From a virus (taxonomy: Duplodnaviria > Caudoviricetes), in the IMG/VR virus record IMGVR_UViG_3300035014_000032, positions 1 to 39,400 of that record: DNA of 39,400 nucleotides; one strand, 5' to 3'. The notes under the pieces were generated by a model. The model was not told the DNA's origin. It was given only the letters and a program-made list of their open reading frames with translations, and searched no databases. The position numbers and the translations under genes are program-made. This document shows, piece after piece, positions 36,034-39,400 of the stretch. Every line of letters begins with the position of its first letter. Positions within the stretch are counted from its first letter, which is position 1.

Positions 36034-36608
36034 ACCGCACGGAACTGTTCGACCGGCTGCGGCCGATCATGCCTAATCGCACGTATTCCACCGAAGCGGT
36101 GGGCGTGGTGAACGCCATTGCTGACGATCTGGGGATGGAGCGCGTTGGGATGCCGGCGGGCGACGGTGGCAGTCTCGCCAAAGCAATCGCCACGATCAAG
36201 CAATTCGAGGGCTGCGAGTTGGAAGCCTACCCAGACCCGGGCACCGGCGGCGATCCATGGACAATTGGCTGGGGCGCAACGGGCGCGGGCATCCGCAAAG
36301 GCGTGCGCTGGACGCAGCAGCAGGCAGACGAGCGGCTGGCAACGGACGTGATGCGCTTTGCCGATGGTGTGGACCGGCTCACCGGCGGCAAGGCACGCCC
36401 CGAACAGCGGGCGGCTCTGATCTCGTTCGCTTACAACGTGGGGCTGAAGGCGCTGGAGGATTCCACGCTGCTGAAGCTGCACAGGGCCGGCGACTATACC
36501 GGCGCGGCCGCGCAGTTCGGGCGGTGGGTCAACGCCGGCGGCAAGAAGCTGAACGGCTTGGTCAAGCGGCGCGCGGCTGAAGCGGCCATCTATCGAGGTG
36601 AGGCATGA
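36030..36608 (+). CDS. Endolysin, GH24 phage lysozyme
   Basis: IKQFEGCELEAYPDPGTGGDPWTIGWG, ALISFAYNVG, GLVKRRAAE. Confidence 0.93.
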   Translation: MNRTELFDRLRPIMPNRTYSTEAVGVVNAIADDLGMERVGMPAGDGGSLAKAIATIKQFEGCELEAYPDPGTGGDPWTIGWGATGAGIRKGVRWTQQQADERLATDVMRFADGVDRLTGGKARPEQRAALISFAYNVGLKALEDSTLLKLHRAGDYTGAAAQFGRWVNAGGKKLNGLVKRRAAEAAIYRGEA

Positions 36609-36862
36609 CCTGGCGCTGGCCCGACGCACGAGGCTGGATCGGCATCGGCGTGTTCCTCCTCACCGTCATGGTGTTCGTGATGACGGCGGCGATCCCCGAA
36701 CTTCGCGACAACGAGTATTTCAAGACGCTCGGCACGCTGGTGGTCGGCGCCTTCATCAAGGACGTGGTGTCGTGGGCCTATGCCGCGACCAAGGGAGGCA
36801 GCGAATTGGCCGATCGCAATGCCGCCATCGTGGAAAAGCAGGCTGCAAAGGATCCAGCATGA
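36605..36862 (+). CDS. Two-TM membrane protein, holin/antiholin candidate
   Basis: ATGA overlap with the lysozyme gene; two hydrophobic segments. Confidence 0.65.
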   Translation: MTWRWPDARGWIGIGVFLLTVMVFVMTAAIPELRDNEYFKTLGTLVVGAFIKDVVSWAYAATKGGSELADRNAAIVEKQAAKDPA

Positions 36863-37002
36863 ACATCGGCAACATCCTCAAGTCCGGCCTCCGCAAAGCA
36901 AAAGAGAACCCCGAACTGGCGCTGGTGCTGCTGGGGCTGGTCGCGCCCAAAGCAGCCTCAAAGGTGGCGCCTATCATCGTGGCGGCGACGCGGAAACCGT
37001 GA
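36859..37002 (+). CDS. 47-aa cationic amphipathic peptide
   Basis: ATGA overlap; MNIGNILKSGLRKAKENPELALVLLGLVAPKAASKVAPIIVAATRKP. Confidence 0.65.
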   Translation: MNIGNILKSGLRKAKENPELALVLLGLVAPKAASKVAPIIVAATRKP

Positions 37003-37047
37003 GGTGGTGGCGGCCGGGGAGATTGGGCCGCTCGCGTCGGTAGGTGA

Positions 37048-37130
37048 TGGTGGGAGGGTGCGGTTTCGATCCACTCCCCGAAGGAGCCGCTTTACAGGCG
37101 GCTTGCCAGAGCCACTGGCTTTACCCTCCC
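37048..37130 (-). tRNA. tRNA-Tyr(GTA), 8/4 fold
   Basis: GGGAGGGT/ACCCTCCC-A-CCA; anticodon arm AGCCGC-CTGTAAA-GCGGCT; T arm GTGG-ATCGAAA-CCGC. Confidence 0.85.
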
Positions 37131-37132
37131 GG

Positions 37133-37222
37133 TGGCGGAGCGCGGTGGTCTCGATCCACAGCCATCTTGCAATGACCCTGCCGCTTAGCAGGCGGAGCCG
37201 GCGCCTCGCCGGTTCGCGCTCC
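37133..37222 (-). tRNA. tRNA-Ser(GCT), 8/4 fold
   Basis: GGAGCGCG/CGCGCTCC-G-CCA; anticodon loop CTGCTAA; long V arm; T arm GTGG-ATCGAGA-CCAC. Confidence 0.9.
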
Positions 37223-37226
37223 AGTT

Positions 37227-37312
37227 TGGCGGAGGGTGGAGGAATCGAACCCCTAACCTTGCGGATAGCCTAGTTTTCGAGACTAGTTGCGCTCCATAGC
37301 GCGCCACCCTCC
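37227..37312 (-). tRNA. tRNA-Ser(CGA), 8/4 fold
   Basis: GGAGGGTG/CACCCTCC-G-CCA; CTAGT-CTCGAAA-ACTAG; V arm with GCAA loop; T arm GGGG-TTCGATT-CCTC. Confidence 0.92.
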
Positions 37313-37394
37313 ATAGACGGGTGACACGCGCGACCCGTCAATATCGCAGTGCGATACTTGATGATGAGAGGGTGCGACTCGCAAACATGACCTT

Positions 37395-37423
37395 GCGTTA
37401 GCGCCGCTTGCGCGTGGCGTCAA
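37395..37423 (-). promoter_or_regulatory. Sigma70-type promoter for the tRNA operon
   Basis: Minus strand TTGACG-N17-TAACGC, with GC just before the -10. Confidence 0.65.
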
Positions 37424-37435
37424 TACGGCTATTAT
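37408..37435 (+). promoter_or_regulatory. Sigma70-type promoter for the divergent ncRNA
   Basis: TTGCGC-N16-TATTAT; six nt later lies G37442, the first base of the tRNA-like stem. Confidence 0.65.
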
Positions 37436-37441
37436 GCGCGG

Positions 37442-37549
37442 GCTGCGGCGGCATGGATGGACATGCTCGTTTGACAAGGCTGACGACCCCGACGCCTCTA
37501 CGGCGAAGGCTTAGCAGGCAGTAGCCGGTATCAAGCCCGGCCCGCAGCA
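37442..37549 (+). ncRNA. tRNA-like RNA with extended anticodon arm
   Basis: 7-bp GCTGCGG/CCGCAGC stem, D-like hairpin GCATG-GATGGA-CATGC, T-like hairpin GCCGG-TATCAAGC-CCGGC abutting the 3' strand; no encoded CCA. Confidence 0.7.
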
Positions 37550-37558
37550 ACGAAGTCT

Positions 37559-37689
37559 CCCGCTCTGCACGGAGTAACGCCGATCGCGACGGCGCCGTGC
37601 ATCGGGCTGGTCTGCCCTGCCACGTGCAGGTGCAGCAACGGGGAGGCGGTGTAGGCCGAAAGGCCGGTGATGCCGCCTCCCTTGTCGCT
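37559..37689 (+). ncRNA. Structured RNA hairpin array (possibly same transcript as the tRNA-like RNA)
   Basis: Three stem-loops; GAAA tetraloop and G-U pairs favour the plus strand. Confidence 0.55.
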
Positions 37690-37694
37690 CATCC

Positions 37695-37722
37695 ACTAAA
37701 CACAAGCCGCTTTGTGTTTAGT
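37695..37722. terminator. Probable bidirectional terminator or processing hairpin
   Basis: Perfect 11-bp ACTAAACACAA/TTGTGTTTAGT stem between converging units. Confidence 0.55.
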
Positions 37723-37807
37723 CAAACGCACCTTCACGATACACAAACCACCACCAACGCCATCAACGCCAGCGTCACCATGAAGCCGGAGACAAAGCGG
37801 CGGTCGA

Positions 37808-38020
37808 TCAGGCGAGCAGGTCTTCGTTCAAATCGTTGCCGTTGCGCTCGCTGAAACGGTCTTCCGCTCCGTTGGCGTAAACGACGGTATCGCATGGATG
37901 CACCTCTCGCCTTATCCGCGGATCATTGAGACGGTGGACGAACCCAGGCCTGCCCCATACGCGCACAGCAGACCAGAATTCCTCGCCGCGGAAACCGACG
38001 AAGTGGACGGCGGGTGTCAC
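37808..38020 (-). CDS. Hypothetical phage protein
   Basis: VHFVGFRGEEFWSAVRVWGRPGFVHR; AGAAG upstream of GTG. Confidence 0.7.
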   Translation of the reverse strand: MTPAVHFVGFRGEEFWSAVRVWGRPGFVHRLNDPRIRREVHPCDTVVYANGAEDRFSERNGNDLNEDLLA

Positions 38021-38052
38021 CTTCTACCGATCGACGGGGCGGGGCAAGGGGG

Positions 38053-38232
38053 TCAGCGCCGCCACGCCAGCGCCGTGTTAATCTGCGCGTCGGTGATCCA
38101 CGGATACTCGCGCTTCACCCAATCGCGGCTAGCCTCTGCCACCATGCGGCGCACCTGCACGACAGGCATCCGAGTGCCGGCGAGACAATAGCGGCCCTCC
38201 ATCACGTCCGGGCGGCGGGTTACGTCTGGCAC
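38053..38232 (-). CDS. DUF433-family protein
   Basis: RPDVMEGRYCLAGTRMPV...EYPWITDAQINTALAW matches the DUF433 pattern; GGAG/AGGA SD before GTG 38232. Confidence 0.8.
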   Translation of the reverse strand: MPDVTRRPDVMEGRYCLAGTRMPVVQVRRMVAEASRDWVKREYPWITDAQINTALAWRR

Positions 38233-38233
38233 G

Positions 38234-38449
38234 TCATCCTTCTCCTGCGATAGCTGCGTGTGCGCGGGACTTGTCGCTGCGGCTTGCCAGCGCCTCGCGA
38301 GCGCGCTTAAGGGCCGCGATGCGCACCTGCTGTTCCCAGTGGCCAACTTGGCCAGCCCAGCACGCGAGCGTCATCTCCTCGATCATGATCAGGTCGTCGA
38401 AGCGCGAAACCATCGTCCATGTCGCAATGGCGGTTTCTTCCTCGGTCAT
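38234..38449 (-). CDS. Hypothetical protein
   Basis: GGAG SD; ATGA overlap. Confidence 0.6.
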   Translation of the reverse strand: MTEEETAIATWTMVSRFDDLIMIEEMTLACWAGQVGHWEQQVRIAALKRAREALASRSDKSRAHAAIAGEG

Positions 38450-38727
38450 TCTCTATCTCCGTGTGGATTGGGGGAGGGGGAGACCTCACGGAACCATCCG
38501 TCGCGGACTGAACGTAGAGCGCTGAGCTGCGTTGCCCAGTCATGCAATTGGGAGGTTCGCCCTGATAGATAGCCCGCGCTAATAGGATGTTCGGCTGCGC
38601 TCGCGATTGCGACCGCCTCCGCGACGATCTGCCGGCGAAGCATGTCGGCCATCTCCTCTATCCCGCGCCGCGCTTGATCGTATAGGATTGCTTCCAAGCG
38701 CGACTGCCCTGCGGCTTCACTCATCAC
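38446..38727 (-). CDS. Hypothetical protein
   Basis: AGGGGG SD; coupled to the downstream gene. Confidence 0.6.
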   Translation of the reverse strand: MMSEAAGQSRLEAILYDQARRGIEEMADMLRRQIVAEAVAIASAAEHPISAGYLSGRTSQLHDWATQLSALRSVRDGWFREVSPSPNPHGDRE

Positions 38728-38758
38728 ACATCCCCCTGATTACGGGTAAGGCGGGGGA

Positions 38759-39400
38759 TCATGCTGCCAGCCTTCGAGGTTTTGCCGTGCGAGCGATGCT
38801 CAGCAGCAGGTCGCGGAAGGGAGTGGGCGTGTAGATCCGTGCGGTGCTATCCGTCCCCCCTCCCTTGCTGCCGACTTCGCCCAGTCGTTTGGCGCGCTTC
38901 AGGCCCATGCGAGCGATCACCTCGGGATCAAGCCGGCTTTCACCGATGCCCCAATCCAGCTCGGGCAAATCGCAACCATAGACCAGCAGCATCGTCGGCT
39001 TGCGGGCATGGTGGCCGTAACGCCCCTGCTCAACGCAGCAGGTCCATCCGCCATAGAAGTCTGCCGCGATCCAGCCGCCCTCGCGCGGCGGCTTGTTGAT
39101 CCCGAAGTGCGGCCACGCGTGCGAACCCCACGGATGCTCGATCACGCCACCATAGGCGCGAGCTGCGTTCAGTGCCGCCGCAAAGCACCCGCCATCGTCG
39201 CCCTTCTTCTTCCGCTCACCGGTGCGCTTGATCCAGAGCGGCTGACCCGCCCACAGCTTGCCCCAGCGCTGACATGGCGGGTGTGCGACGACAGGATGCG
39301 GGCCCGCGTAGAGTCGAGCGTCGCGCTGCTCGTCCCACGGGTCGATGTCGGGCAAGCCGAAATAACTGCCGGCCGTCTCGACGTAGAGAGCCGCGATCAC
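38759..39400 (-). CDS. Degenerate C5-methyltransferase-like protein
   Basis: VVAHPPCQRW and GVIEHP resemble motifs IV and VI; no FxGxG motif I. The start lies at the window edge. Confidence 0.6.
   Translation of the reverse strand: MIAALYVETAGSYFGLPDIDPWDEQRDARLYAGPHPVVAHPPCQRWGKLWAGQPLWIKRTGERKKKGDDGGCFAAALNAARAYGGVIEHPWGSHAWPHFGINKPPREGGWIAADFYGGWTCCVEQGRYGHHARKPTMLLVYGCDLPELDWGIGESRLDPEVIARMGLKRAKRLGEVGSKGGGTDSTARIYTPTPFRDLLLSIARTAKPRRLAA

Larger units (their letters stand above)
1..39400. mobile_element. Temperate podovirus-type phage/prophage, BPP-1/epsilon15-like virion module
   Basis: Continuous phage gene order: cI/cro, replication, terminase, portal, capsid, T7-like tail and ejection genes, lysozyme. 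No host housekeeping genes seen. Confidence 0.95.

Noticed and set aside
30775-37000. Diversity-generating retroelement, as found in BPP-1
   Set aside because: No reverse transcriptase ORF and no template/variable repeat pair seen near the spike genes.
37240-37250. Similarity of the late motif TTCGATTC to the tRNA T loop (GTTCGATTCC), suggesting tRNA remnants or att sites
   Set aside because: The seven late copies have no flanking T stem or acceptor strand and instead show fixed promoter spacing.
37004-37854. ORF-track ORFs across the tRNA/ncRNA island (37004-37273, 37283-37477, 37511-37705, 37597-37854)
   Set aside because: They overlap clear tRNA genes or dense RNA structure and lack SD sequences or protein-like composition.
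2373-38478. Shared TGGGGGAGGG at 2373-2382 and 38469-38478, upstream of leftward genes
   Set aside because: Only a low-complexity 10-mer in two copies; chance or simple anti-SD pairing is sufficient.
1-39400. CRISPR array, rRNA, IS element
   Set aside because: No regularly spaced repeat-spacer units, rRNA-like sequence or transposase seen.

Overview
The window is most of the genome of a GC-rich temperate podovirus-type phage or prophage with a BPP-1/epsilon15-like virion module. The host is probably an alphaproteobacterium, possibly a sphingomonad; this is inferred from gene content and promoter style. From left to right it holds: (1) an early-left operon (partial ERF recombinase, N6/N4 DNA methyltransferase, small ORFs); (2) a cI/cro switch with 3+3 operators; (3) an early-right operon (C5 methyltransferase, RusA-like resolvase, DnaB, initiator with internal iterons, MmcB-like nuclease, winged-HTH regulator); (4) terminase, portal, scaffold, capsid, cement, adaptor, a split nozzle, ejection proteins, two tailspikes and a lysis cassette; (5) a small-RNA island; (6) leftward genes that probably continue the early-left operon. 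No integrase is visible. Three observations stand out. First, the RNA island (37005-37722) carries three tRNAs that all fold as non-canonical 8/4 cloverleaves (Ser-CGA, Ser-GCT, Tyr-GTA), back-to-back with a divergent tRNA-like RNA that has a much-extended anticodon arm and a downstream hairpin array with a K-turn. Second, seven copies of a late-promoter motif, KTCGATTCAN-N18-TA, each embed a GANTC (CcrM/GcrA) site at the -35 element, and several are coupled to leaderless starts or SD-sequestering hairpins. Third, the 2145-aa ejected protein carries a GNAT cassette next to an HExxH domain. All product calls come from motif recognition by eye; no database search was run.
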